Below, one piece after another: positions 27,063 to 39,589 of a DNA stretch of 64,000 nt. The stretch comes from Eledone cirrhosa (lineage: Eukaryota): positions 33,418,001-33,482,000 of the forward strand of contig OZ024745.1 in NCBI GenBank assembly GCA_964016885.1, written 5' to 3'. How positions within the stretch are numbered: the first letter of the stretch is position 1; the number at the start of each line of letters is the position of its first letter. The translations under genes were made by a program, and so were the position numbers. A model generated the notes under the pieces. That model was not told where the DNA came from and did no database searches. It saw only the letters and a program-made list of their open reading frames with translations.

Positions 27063-27436
27063 AATGTCAAAATTACCATATTACAATTTTTGCATCCTAG
27101 TCACAGACTCAATTCCACTGCAACAGATTTAAAACTTATAAAATGCTTTGCTAAAAAAATAGAGTTCTTTCTTTTTATCTTTTTACTATATATGTAGATA
27201 AATTGAGATGATCCACATAGCCAGTGTCTTAACTATACAGCTTACCATGCCTCTCAGTGGAAAACATGTTTAATCATATGAGAAAAAAACATATGGGCAG
27301 TTATTATCTTATTCATGAACTTGTACATATATTTCACAGATAGGAAAGTAAAATCAGATAGGTATTTGGAGTGAATTATCAGAAAATAAAAAGAATAAAA
27401 ATACTTTCAACAAAAGCAACTATGTATGTATATATG

Positions 27437-27540
27437 TATGAGGGTTAGCTGAAAAGTTCATAGGCTGATTATGAAGGAGTGATGCTAGTGCTGTGAAATC
27501 TTGTATGCATTAATTTCAACTTTTCTTATTAATAACTCAC
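27437..27540 (+). mobile_element. Mariner-type terminal fragment
   Basis: TATGAGGGTTAGCTGAAAAGTT resembles the reverse complement of the mariner end CTTTTCAGTTGCCCCTCGTA at about 40511-40530. Confidence 0.45.
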
Positions 27541-27638
27541 AACTCCACAAATGTGAATCCAACTCTCTAACCACTGAACCATGCAGCTTCACTATATATA
27601 TATATACATATATATACACACACACACACATATATATA

Positions 27639-28526
27639 CATGGTGAGGACGATATTTGCTTGCAATTTTCAACTGCTAATTTTATGCCAATTTTTTTTTA
27701 TTCCGTTGTCACTCTTGTCTTCATAAAAACAGTGACTATATTTCCATTATTTATTTTCAGAATAATTGATTATGAATAATTTTGAACCTCCAAATTTGTG
27801 GAAGAGACACAGAGTTCTTGGAATCCGCGCCGGGAGGACAAATAAGGAAATTTCAGACTTTCTCAGTGTCAGCAGGAGAATGGTGTCCCATCCAAAGACG
27901 TGCCCAGAGTCATGCAGACAAAGTTTCCAGCGACAACATTGGTCTTAGGTGTCGTCAACAGTCAAGGTGATGTCATGCCACCTCACTTCTTCCCCGAGGG
28001 CCTCAAGCTGAACACCGATGGCTTCATCCGCGTTCTGAGCGAGGTAGTAAAGCCCTGGATTAACCAGGTAGCTGCAGGTAGGCCATACGTGTGGCAGCAA
28101 GACTCAACGCCCTGCCATACCAGCCGAAAGACCCAAGACTGGCTGTCAGAGAACTTCGTCGACCACACTTCACCTGACATCTGGCCTCCCAGCTCGCTTG
28201 ACTGCAACCCCCTCGACTTCTTTGTGTGGGGCGCAGTGGAACAAGACACCAACAGATCTAGCTGCAATACGAAAGACGATCTGAAGGCCAGGATCACAAG
28301 TGCCTTAGGGGCCTAAGTCGAGGGACAGTGATAAAGGCCTGTAGCCGGTTCCGAGGCCACCTTGAGGCCGTCATCAAAGCCAATGACAGGTTTATCGAGT
28401 GAGATCGAAAGAACAAGTCATGAAGACAAACTGACCCAAGTTTGATAAATATATCTTAAAAAATAAAACTACTGTGTTATTTTTCCCTAGACAGTAATCT
28501 TGCGAACAAATATCGTCCGCACCCTG
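27639..28526 (+). mobile_element. Internally deleted DD37D (maT-type) IS630-Tc1-mariner element
   Basis: TIRs CATGGTGAGGACGATATTTG / CAAATATCGTCCGCACCCTG with TA flanks; WQQD...WPPSSLDCNPLD has 37 residues between the last two Asp. Confidence 0.9.
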
Positions 28527-28756
28527 TATATATATATATATATATATACACATGGTGGTTCACCACTGGATAGAACTGGTCATTCCATATAGTTAATCAT
28601 GATGTTGAATATTGTTGGTGGTGTGGAAACGGAGTTAATTATTATTGAGTAAAATGACAGGAGGCCAGACTGGTGAAATTCCTCCAATGTTTTATTTCTT
28701 TGAAGGAATTTCACCAGACCGGCCTCCTATCATTTTACTCAATAATAATAATAATA

Positions 28757-28863
28757 ATTGTTTCTACTTTTGGCACAAGGCCAGCAATTATCCCAGTGCA
28801 TTACTGGTACTTTATTTTATCGACCCCATAAGGATGAAAGGCAAAGTTAACCTCGGCAGGATT

Positions 28864-28866
<3 letters not shown>
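28757..28866 (-). mobile_element. SINE family A, 3' half
   Basis: Reverse complement of TTCAAATCC...AAAGTAGAAACAATT; followed by an (AAT)n/(AT)n/(AC)n compound microsatellite to about 29100. Confidence 0.85.
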
Positions 28867-28899
<33 letters not shown>

Positions 28900-28979
28900 T
28901 ATATATATATATATATATACATATATATATCATCATATATATATATATATATACACATATATATATATATATCATCATC

Positions 28980-29010
<31 letters not shown>

Positions 29011-29033
29011 TATATATATATATATATAATCAT

Positions 29034-29078
<45 letters not shown>

Positions 29079-29103
29079 TATATATATATATACACATACA
29101 TCA

Positions 29104-29857
29104 GAATGAAAGGCAGACTGTATGATGCGTGTATCCGAACAGCGATGTTGCATGGTAGTGAGACCTGGGTGCTGAAGGTGGAAGACTTACGTAGATTAGA
29201 GAGAAACGAAGCCTGCATGCTCCGATGGATGTGTAACAGTAATATACGTGAACGACAAAGCATAAAGGAATTGAGAGAGAGACTGAGCATAAGAGGAATC
29301 AAATGCTGTGTGCAGGAGAGGCGGTTACGCTGGTATGGACATGTGATGCGTATGAAGGATGACAGCTGCATAAAAAGGTGCAGAGCACTAGAAGTTGATG
29401 GAAACCGCGGAGTGGGGAGACCCAAGATGACTTGGGATGAGGTGATAAAAGCCGACCTTACCCAACTACACCTCTCAAAGTCAATGACACACGACCGTGA
29501 CTTCTGGCGTCACGCAGTAATACAGGGTACCCGACCTCCCATGGGTACATGCTGAAGCATATAAACAATATGCCCCCCCCCCCCCCCCACCGCAAGGTGG
29601 TCGTGGAGGTGCCACGGCAAAAAAGCACCCAGCCCACACTGTAAAGTGGACGTGTAGGCGCCACGAAAAAGCACCCAGCACTCACTGTAAATGAGGTTGG
29701 TGTTAGGAAGGGCATCCAGCTGTAGAAATCAAGCCAGATCAGTTCCTGTATGAGCAAGGCATGGTCAGCCGACCAGACACTGCCCACAACAGGACAACCC
29801 ATCTAACCCATGCTAGCGTGGAAGAACGAACGTAAAACGGTGATGATGATGATGATG
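29104..29857 (+). mobile_element. Short 5'-truncated RTE LINE, same subfamily as 25762-27062
   Basis: Near-identical to 26315-27062 (MKGRLYDAC...RPPMGT, 3' UTR, (GAT)n tail). Confidence 0.93.
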
Positions 29858-29869
29858 ACATGCAGGTAC

Positions 29870-31890
29870 AAACAACTACTACTTAAGGATCTAATCACTG
29901 TTGGGTAACAAATCTCAGAGATGTCCCTCTCAATGTGAGCACTCTGTAAGGTAAATCAGGAGAAATTGTGTAGTTGTTAGAGAGGAGACATGTGAATGTA
30001 TGCTGTGAAGAAGAGATGAGATGGAGGGGTACATTAGCATGACTACCCACAAACAAACAACATGGTTACAAGCTATTCTGGGTAGGAAATTACAAGGGGT
30101 TAGGTGGTGAAGGCATCTTACTAGTTGAGAAGTGGATAGATAAGGTAACAAAGGTAGTTAGACTAAGCAACAGAATTATCAAACTCAGAATAGTCATAAG
30201 CAATAGAATAACAGCACTTATCTCAAGTTATGTACTACAAGCAGAACTAAGTAAGGAGCAAAATGACTGCTTTTATGAGGAACTTTTACAGACAATCTCA
30301 GTTACAGATGACAGAGACCTCATTATCTTGGCAGGCAACTTCAATGGTCATGTTGGGGAGTACCAGGATGGATTCACTGGAGTACATAGTGGATTATGGC
30401 TAAAGAAATTAAGGAGTGAGGTTCCTAGAATTCTGTGATGCAAATGATTAATTCATTTGCAACATTAACTTCAAGAATCTTGCCAGCCACCTAATCACCT
30501 ACCAATCAGGCAAAAACAGAAGCCAGATTGATTTCTTACTTATCAGAAAACAAGATAGACAGACAGCAATAAATGCTAAGACCTTCATCAGAGAGGAATG
30601 TGCTGCCCAACATATGTTAGTTATTAGTGACATCAAAATAAGCACAAGATGGAACAAGACACACAGTAAAATATGGAGGAGAGTATGGAAGCTAAAGGAC
30701 TTTTCTGCTAAATATAGGCTTAAAACGCCCCATGGGATGCATTTGATAAGAGGGGAGATGAGTTAGATACATATTATAAAGAGAACAAATGGAAATTCTC
30801 ATGTGACAACCTACTCTGAACAACTGATGAGACATGTGGATGGAGCAAAGCATCAGCCAGGGTGATTTGGTGATGAAAGAACACAATGGATAGAGCCATT
30901 AAGACCAAGAGTTAGGGGTAGAAATACTGGAAAATGGAAGCAGCAAAGACCAATGCTAGGTATCTAAAAGAGAGTCTAGACAACAAGTATACATAATATG
31001 CAAAAAGACTGAAAGAAGGAGTTTGCAATGTGAGGATAAGAGATGTGAGGTGTTTTGCAACACAAAGTAGTGTGTTTGTGTAAATTGGGATATTATTGGG
31101 GAAAAGTGTGTTTGAAATGACACTGATGCTCAAAAGAAAGAGGCCTGGAAATGTGGAGAATGAATGAAAAAAAGAGAGACTACCTCCAGCTGATCTAACA
31201 GAGAGACCAGCTATCTAAATTGAGAGCTATAAGGTCAAATAATTAATCAAAGATATGAAGAATGGTCAAGCTGTTGGACTGTCAGAGAGAGTCACTGAGA
31301 TGCTAAAAGCATCTGGGGAAGTAAGAGTTGATCTAATAACCTGCAGTCAATCAGATAATACAGGACGGACCATATCCAATGACTGACACAGCTGTAAACT
31401 TGTTAATTGCTACAAGGGAAAAGGTGATGCTCTAGAAATAAAACTAATGGATCAAGTTATGAAAGTGACAGAATGAGTTCTAGAACAACTAATTTGGGAA
31501 AGAGTCAAATTAGATGGGATGCAGTTCTGTTTTGTGCCAGAGAGAAGTACTATAGATGCACAATTCCTAGTGAGACAACTACAAGAGAAGTTCCTAGCTA
31601 AAAACAGGCCTCTATGTTTAGCTTTTGTTGATTTAGAGGAGGCCTTTAACAGAGTACCCCTGATCTGTTAACTGGTGGTCCTTAAGGAAATTATGTGTAG
31701 AAGAATGGTTTGTGAGAGCAGTGCAAGCCATGTACAGAGGAGCAGTCAGTAAAGTGATAGTAGGAAGTGAGGAATTCAAGCTGCAATGCATCAGGATTTG
31801 GCCCTCAGCCCACTTCTATTCATTATAGATCTCCAGACCATAACAGAAATTTAAGACCGTCTGTCCATGGGAACTTCTTTAAGCCCACAA
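29870..31890 (+). mobile_element. Heavily decayed RTE LINE with endonuclease and RT remnants
   Basis: Residual LIILAGNFNGHVG and SQIDFLLIRK (AP endonuclease), VNCYKGKGDAL, LVRQLQEKFLAKNRPLCLAFVDLEEAFNRVP; many stops and frameshifts. Further pieces at about 32000-32310, one inverted. Confidence 0.8.
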
Positions 31891-32417
31891 AAAAGTTATT
31901 AGCACTGTCCTTCTTCCTGATTAATAAAAAAAAAAAAATCATGTTGGTAATTCACATGTCTAAATTTTTGGTATGAGTTAGTCATAATACACAAGCTTTT
32001 AAAGGCCATTTTCATTGGCAACACGTGGGTCAGTCTGTCTTGTGGGCCTCTTAACAAGCTTCTCCTTTTTTGTTTGTTTTAACCTCTGCATCTCACTCTC
32101 ATCAACACCCTGGTTTTCATTTCTTTCTCCATCACATTTAGCCATGTTTTTCTTAGTCTTCCCTTTCCTCTACTTCTTTCCAGGGAGAGAAAATGTTCAA
32201 CTGGATCACAAAAATGGTATGAATATGGAAAGTGTGAAAACGTTTTGTTATCTAGGAGACATGTTGAATGGAGGACGTGGATTGAACTTGGTAATGGTGG
32301 ATAGAGTGAGATGAATATGGAAGAAGTTATTGTCATAATAAAATGTTTCAGACAAATAGCCTCAACTTCTGGTTTTCTGTTAAATAAACCATGTAAAAAG
32401 ACAAAAAAACAACTCAC

Positions 32418-32728
32418 CAACAAGATGCCACGATTTCCTTTTGCCTAAGTAACAACATCCATTCATTCGATCAGATTCAATTCCAACAAAAGTTGTAGAA
32501 AGTCCATCACAGATCTGGCCTGCAAGCATGAGGTAGCCTGCTAAAACACTGTCAAATTGCAGTACTTTGTTGAAGTAAATTAATAAATAAGAGAACCACA
32601 TGGAGGCAACCAAATCATTGAATATATGTCCAAAACCAAAGGCAATTTTTCTGAAGAATGGCATATGTTGGTCTTGTGCCTGGTCATTAACACTTGATGT
32701 ATGGTCATTTAATGTGGTGATTGATGAT
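32418..32728 (-). CDS. MFSD12: MFSD12-like MFS transporter, coding exon 2 (311 bp)
   Basis: KIAFGFGHIFNDLVASMWFSYLLIYF...AGQICDGLSTTFVGIESD...GKRKSWHLVG is the MFSD12 N-terminal motif. Acceptor TTTTCTTCCAG (phase 2), donor G|GTGAG (phase 1), in frame with exon 3. Confidence 0.93.
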
Positions 32729-34814
32729 CTGGAAGAAAAAATAAATATAAGAAACAGAAATACAAAAAAAAGGGAGTTAGATAAACGATCATTTTTTCTA
32801 CCCATGGGTTCAAGATGTTTCATTTCAAGTTGTTTTTCATGAAAGGACTGGAGCCACTATCATTAAAACTCCCAAAAAACTTTCTATGAGATGCAACCTC
32901 ATAGGAGGCTAGCTAAACATGTATAGGTGTGAGCTGTAAGTATTATTTCATATACACCCCCATTATGCTTAAACGCTGTCTTAGTGCTACTGCCAATTAA
33001 TTTTTTTGTGGGAGGGGGGGGGGGTCTAGTTCATTAAATTGACCCAAGTACTTGACTGGTATAAGGCCACAAATTTGGAGGATGGAAGTTAGAATAAAAA
33101 CAGTAATTAAAATCTGACCTAAGTCCAGAGGCTCACTAAACCAGAGCTTATTTTGGTTTCATTAGTGTTATGCAATTGAGATTAGAAGGACAGGACACCA
33201 GTCCATCACAGTGTTAACTCCCAGCTGCTGCTGCTACTAATTTTCATCTGATTGACTTGATCAATGTAAAGGGAAGTGTTTTGCTCAAGAAAACATCACC
33301 GTGTCCAGGAATCAAACCCATGACATTACAGTCATAACCCTAACACCCTAGCCTTTAAATCAACCAGAATACTTAACTGATGCTTTATTTTATCAACCCT
33401 GAAAAGCTGAAGGGGAAAGCTGACCTTGGCAGAATTTGAAATCAGAACCTAAAGAGCTAGAACTAAATACTATAAGGCATTTTATCCAGTGCCCTAACAA
33501 TTCTGCCAATCCACCATTCTGTTCAGGTTATTTCATAAAAATCAGACAAAGAATCAGAGCAAAAACTACTGAAACAAAATATTCTTTCAACTTTTGTCAG
33601 GTAGAATTCACAGTGAAATATATCAACACATGAGGCTATAAGGAAATAGCATTAATAAACCCATTTACACATAAGTATATACAGAGCTTAAACACACACA
33701 CACACATACATACAGATGCACAAACACACATACAGATGCACACACATACAAATATGTAAAAAGCTTCATACAAACATGTACACAGTTTTATATACACATA
33801 CCTTTGTTGGCTATATGATAAAGTAGGTTAAATTCAGTTTGACAAAAAAGATAGCAAAGTATTCATTATTTAGAAAAGCCTATTAATTTGAAGCATATTT
33901 TTTTGAAACTATTCTATACAGGTAATTGTTTGTCAAATAAGTGACATTTTTTGTATTATTTACAACTTTCTGTACTGATAAACTGTGAATGTTCTGGAAA
34001 ATACAGAAACTTTTTGTGTGTAGATGCAATATAACCCCCTCTCTTCCTCATCATTGTTTAATGTCTATTTTCCACGCTAGCATGGGTAGGATGGGCTGTC
34101 CCTTTCTGAGAGATCAGGTCGGAGGACCATGTTTCGCTTACACAGAACTGATTTTGGCTTGATTTCTATGGCTGGATGCCCTTCCTAATGTCAACCACAT
34201 TTAATAATAATAATAATAATATTGTTTCTAACATAGGCACAAAGTCAGAAATTTAGAAGGAGTTAGTCAATTAAGTCAACCCTCAGCTATAGAAGAATGA
34301 AAAGAAAGTTGACCATGGTGAGATTTAAACTCAGAATATAAAGGGCTGCACAGAATACCACAGGCATTTTATCCGAAACTGTAATATTTCCAACTCACAA
34401 AAAAGCCAACTTAATAAATGAATTAATGAAAAAAGTTATTTACTTAATCCTACCAACTCCTTCATTATATTTAGAGTTTAATGAAACACAAGCAGTGTAT
34501 TTAATCATGTATACAATGAAGAAAGGGTTAACTTTATCTTTTGCATGTTGATATGTGTAGGATACATGTGAGCTGGGAGTAGGTTCATGAGGGTTGCAGT
34601 TCCGAGGTAGAAGGATTGGTCACAAGATAAAGAAGAAACAGATAGGTTTAAATTTTTTGTTATCAGCTCTCTCATCTGTATTTACTACATTGGTGACCCT
34701 GACTAACGATCTAAGAGGTATTTCTTTCTGATAACTGTTATAAAATATTTCAAATTGACTACTATCACCATGGTGATGTAAAGAACATGACAATTTCAAT
34801 CTGTCATAAGTTTA

Positions 34815-35084
34815 ACCTAACTACCTAAAACTCTTCCTGTTTCTATGATATAAAACTGTTTATCCCCTTAGGTAGCAAACCACCTGAAACAACCCTTGGT
34901 TATATGATACAAAGTTGTTTATTTTATCTAAAAACTTTCCATGATAATTATATCTAAGAACCTTTACATCATGCTCCAAACACCAGCTTAATTATTAAAA
35001 AGTTAAATATGTTACTAGATCCTTCAAAATTCTTGATAATTTTCAAAATTATTTGAAAATCACAGGCAGTAACAAAAGAGTTAA
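34815..35084 (-). mobile_element. Degenerate TTAA-type MITE, same family as 36963-37775
   Basis: Ends GTAACAAAAGAG-TTAA; internal CCAAACACCAGCT and TTTTCAAAATTATTTGAA are reverse-complement matches to the 37 kb copy. Left boundary uncertain. Confidence 0.5.
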
Positions 35085-35932
35085 AAGTGTATTCTTTCTG
35101 ACCCAACGACCCAGCTCTCTGTTTTTCACACGGGGTAATCTATCTTTTTGACATACAACAAAAGGCTAGAAGCTATGTTTCCCTTTCTCATCCTTACGTA
35201 GAAACAATTATCAGTCAGAAATAGTGTAGACCTGCTGCTGACGACAGCAGAACAATTATGAAGTACCATAGTGATCAGATAGCGAACAATGTAACGGAAA
35301 TTTTGACATCGCCACCATCAGTCAGATGATGGTGGTGCTCCAGCATGGCCTTGGACACGATGGCTAAAACTAAAATAACTAAAGACAACAACCAACTGTA
35401 ATTACCATAAGCCAATGAGGCAGTCTCTACATTTTGCTAGAAAGAGCAGCCAGATGTCCTTCACTGCCAATCCCTACCATCTTTAAAAATAAATATACAA
35501 TAGTAGAGGAAATATTGGATATTGTATTCCAAAAAGATGAGATAGTCAAGGATGGAATGCTTTTGTTTTTGTTCATAGGTCTACTCAATCAGAGTTGACT
35601 CAGGGAAATGAAACAACAGCAAAAGAGTCATATAGACCGGCCAGCTTTGATATATTTATATACACAGGCTAAAGTAAATTTTGAACTTTAAATCAATCTT
35701 TAAACAACCCCTACCCCTCATACTCACAATTTAAAACCTTTCCATAGTTGATTATATATTTACTCTTACTATGTTCTCGTGTGAGAGATTTATGATGACT
35801 GTGAAGTCTGACTGAAAACAAACTAGAAACAGATGTTTGAACTCCAACGCAAACTATTCAATTACATCAAGTGTGAATGTTACACACACACACATCATTG
35901 CTGTTTAATGTCCACCTAGCATGTGTGTGTGT

Positions 35933-35971
<39 letters not shown>

Positions 35972-35976
35972 CATAC

Positions 35977-36230
35977 ATATAAAAGAAGAAATTAAAAGAT
36001 GGTTAAAAAAGTTCCATATATTTTATCATGTTACCTTATTTTATCTGATGAGAACATAATTTTTGTCCCAGGATGATATTGTTTTCGAAATGCGCATAAT
36101 AAAATATATGGAACTTTTTTAACCATTTTTTAATTTCTTCTTTTATATATACTCCAGTTCTACCAACTGTTGAGTGCTACTTATCTGATATATGCATAGT
36201 TTTATTGTTTTACAATATTACTCACCTCCT
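35977..36230 (+). mobile_element. Penelope-like element relic with inverted terminal segment
   Basis: 54-bp inverted repeat (35977-36030 vs 36095-36148, two mismatches) around a hammerhead motif, embedded in (AT)n/(AC)n. Confidence 0.65.
36037..36106 (+). ncRNA. Minimal type I hammerhead ribozyme motif
   Basis: Stem I TATTTTAT/ATAAAATA, core CTGATGA (36045-36051), stem II closed by G-C, GAAA (36087-36090), palindromic TGCGCA stem III, AUA cleavage triplet ending at 36098. Confidence 0.78.
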
Positions 36231-36240
36231 ACATATATAT

Positions 36241-36314
<74 letters not shown>

Positions 36315-36402
36315 GTCTCAAGGCTCTGATACCATCAACACCATAAACACAGAGGACTGAATTTTAACCATCTACTATGTCAGGGTATGTCATGCATCAT
36401 CT

Positions 36403-36469
36403 TATTTTATATGATGAGGACGTACTGTTGAAGTTAGCTCAGTACCTCTGAAATATGTATAATAAAATA
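36403..36469 (+). ncRNA. Second, degenerate hammerhead motif
   Basis: TATTTTAT-ATGATGA (first C changed to A)-stem II GTACTG/CAGTAC-GAAA-TATGTA-TA-ATAAAATA; same architecture as 36037-36106. Confidence 0.55.
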
Positions 36470-36514
36470 TACTTGATCACAAGAATTGTCTATTTTTGTT
36501 AATATTTTGAATTA

Positions 36515-36545
<31 letters not shown>

Positions 36546-36962
36546 ACAGGGGAAAGACACAGAAGAGTGTGTTTTTCCCCTCTATATATTTCGAAATTCC
36601 TGTAAAGAACAACACTCTTCTGTGTCTTTCCCCTCTATATATTGTATTTTAAAGTGCCTAGGAAAACTCTTTCCTTTGAGCTCATTTAATTACAGGATTA
36701 TACGCGAGTCCTTTGCTCCGTTATTTTTACTATATACATATATATGACGGAACTACAGAGATGCCACCATGACATACAGTGTATCTTGGACATTTCAAAA
36801 CCTGGTGGAGTCTGTTCCTCTCCATATTTGATAAACAGGTTTCATTCAGAAGGAAGTACTAAGTAAAAGATATGGTAAATTGATATTGAAATACGACCTA
36901 ATCTATTATCATTCAATGTCAGTCGCAACATTTGACCCTGTACACAAGAACAGTTGCAAAGA

Positions 36963-37775
36963 TTAACACTTTTGTAATCATATTTCTAATGAAAATTGCA
37001 GCCGTTGATGTTCAAATAATTTTCAAAATAACGAAAAAATTGGAGGGATTTAGTAAAATAACTAGCAGAATGGCCCGACGTTGCTCGGGATTTGCTCTAG
37101 GGTTCTTATAGATTTGATATATATTTCTCCTTATCGAGCCTCGTGAAATAAATACGTTTGTTTATATTTTGTTATTGTGTATGCACAAATACACGAATAT
37201 ATAATTATATATATATTAGAATAACAGATTAAAGTTTAAGCAAAGAATCGCTGCTTTCACCCTTAACAGGATCTTCTGAAACAAAAAACAAAACAAAACA
37301 ATCTGTGAACGCAGAAGTAAATATTTCGAAAAACGTTACACACACTATATATATACATATATACACGCACACACACACATATAACGTCATAATGTCGTAA
37401 TGCAGACAGCCAGACATACAGACAGGTATTATAAAGGCGCGACGTTGTATCTATGTATCTATCTAAAAAGAAAGACTAAGAATTATAGAGAGATCGCTAA
37501 ATCACCTAATGCGGTCTCTAGAGCATTGAAAAATTGAAATATTTTTTGCTCAAAACACTCTCAGGACCATAAATATTACATGTGTAAAGTTTGAAAACAA
37601 TCGGTTGGGTGGTTCTCGAGTTTTATGGAGACAGACAACATAAAACTAATTTTTTCATTGTTGAGCTGTTGTTAGGAACATGACTTAACAAAGGTTCTTA
37701 TATAAAATTATGATGAAAGGTTTTTTGATAAATATAAGCACTTCAAAATAAACAGTTTTGTATGAAAAGGGTTAA
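36963..37775 (+). mobile_element. Degenerate TTAA (piggyBac-type) MITE split by a nested insertion
   Basis: TTAA-CACTTTTGTA at left and TATGAAAAGGG-TTAA at right; the two halves (to about 37060 and from about 37645) match the reverse copy at 34815-35084. Confidence 0.6.
37062..37645 (-). mobile_element. Non-autonomous Helitron-like element
   Basis: Minus-strand 3' end CCCGAGCAACGTCGGG hairpin, 8 nt, CTAG, then T; ACAG microsatellite near the other end. 5' TC end not located. Confidence 0.6.
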
Positions 37776-38807
37776 ACATGCAACCCTCTTCCAATTAACT
37801 GCCATCACTATTATAATAATAGTTTCTACATTTGGCACAAGGCTAACAATTTCTGGAGGGGAAAGTCGATTTTATATTGACTCCAGTACTTGACTGATAC
37901 TTTATTTTATTGACTCCGTAAGGATAAAAAGCAAAGCTAAACTAGACTGTATTTGAACCCAGAACATAAAGAGATGTAACTATATGCCACAAAGCTTGTC
38001 CAATGCTCTAATGAATTTGAGCTAAAAAGAGAATTTCCATGTAGTTGCTCAACTGGCTAGAAATAACAGCAATATTTCCTTCAAACCATACCCTAAAGTT
38101 TTAAAAAAAGGAAGGAAGCAGGTGTACACAGGATATGTACTCCCAGGTACCTTAAACAAAGATGTAATGATCATGGTTTGAACACAATTAGTCATAGGTC
38201 TGCTCAATCAGAGCTGATCTAGAGAGTTAACAATTCCTAACAGGCACAGGAACAAATATTTTGGATAGAAACAATTAAATTAACCTCAATTCTTGATTAA
38301 TAATGGTACTTATTTTCTTGGCTTTGAGAAGAATTGTCAAAATTAACCCTGCTGGGATTTGAATTCAGAAAGTATTTGAATGGCATAAAATCTGTTTCAG
38401 TCATCTAACAATAATGAAACTCATTAAATATGAATTTAATTAAGACAAAGTATTAAATAAGGAATAAAGTGAAAGTGTTTAACTGTTGTAACTGACAAAG
38501 AAAAAACATAATCACATGTTTTTAGTAATTTAGTTAAGTACATAGGAAATCAACAGTAGTAAGTTAGTCAACTAAAGTGGTTCACTATATACCAAGCATG
38601 TGATTTCCTTTTTATCTATTTATATGGACTGTAGTAGTGGTAGGTGGGTGGGTGGTCATGTCACTTTTTCTATTTGTTATAGAGAGGTGTACAGATATAT
38701 ATGATAAGAAATATAGCTTTAAAAAGTAGTTGCTAAATAACAGGTTTAATATTTAATATCTAGAAAATTTAAGATGAAATATAATGTAGGTATAACTACA
38801 CTTTTAA

Positions 38808-39016
38808 CCCTTTAGCATTTAAACTGGCCATATCTGGCCAGAATTCTCTCATCTCTTTCTGTTCAAACTGGCCATAACCAGCTGTTCATACTTATGTTAA
38901 GGTATTGTGCTCAAAATAAATAATATTAAAATCTCATAGATTCGATAATTATGTGAAATAAAGTGTTTACCGTGAAAATACAATAGTAAATATAGAGTAA
39001 TGTAAATACTAAAGGG
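38808..39016. mobile_element. 209-bp piggyBac-type MITE
   Basis: TTAA-CCCTTTAGCATTTA ... TAAATACTAAAGGG-TTAA: 14-bp TIR with one mismatch, CCC start, TTAA duplication. Confidence 0.85.
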
Positions 39017-39589
39017 TTAAATTATAAGCCTTACTGTGAAAATAGACAAGTGCAAACACATTTTGTTATTTTCTTCAATAAAATTTTTTCATCCACCTTT
39101 TTATGTTTGCTTGTATTGGGTGAGTCTTCTCCAGCACAGTTTTTGTTCACTTGAAGTGTATAATTAATCATCACCTCTGTGCGGTTAAGAATTCTGAAAT
39201 CATCTCTCACTATATTTGTCTAGGATTTCCTTTGTCCTCTTCTGCTGCTTGCTTCTACTCAGAGCTCCTGCCACTTCTTCAATCAAAAATCATTATCTAT
39301 ATGCATCACATGTCCACACCAGCACATTATTCTCTCTTTGCACATTACACTCGATTTCTTTTAAGCCCAATTTTGCTTCAACTCAACTATGCATTGTTGT
39401 TTATGATCACAAACATTACACAGCCAACATTAATGAAAAAAACAAAAGATATTGCTTTTACTTGTTTCACAGGTAATTGGCTGTTCATCAAAGGACCAGG
39501 GTCCTTGTCCTTCTGTCCACAAAGAGAATTTATAGCAATCTCTATTTATATCAACACAAACCAGAATGTAACTAACAGGCAGTATAATT

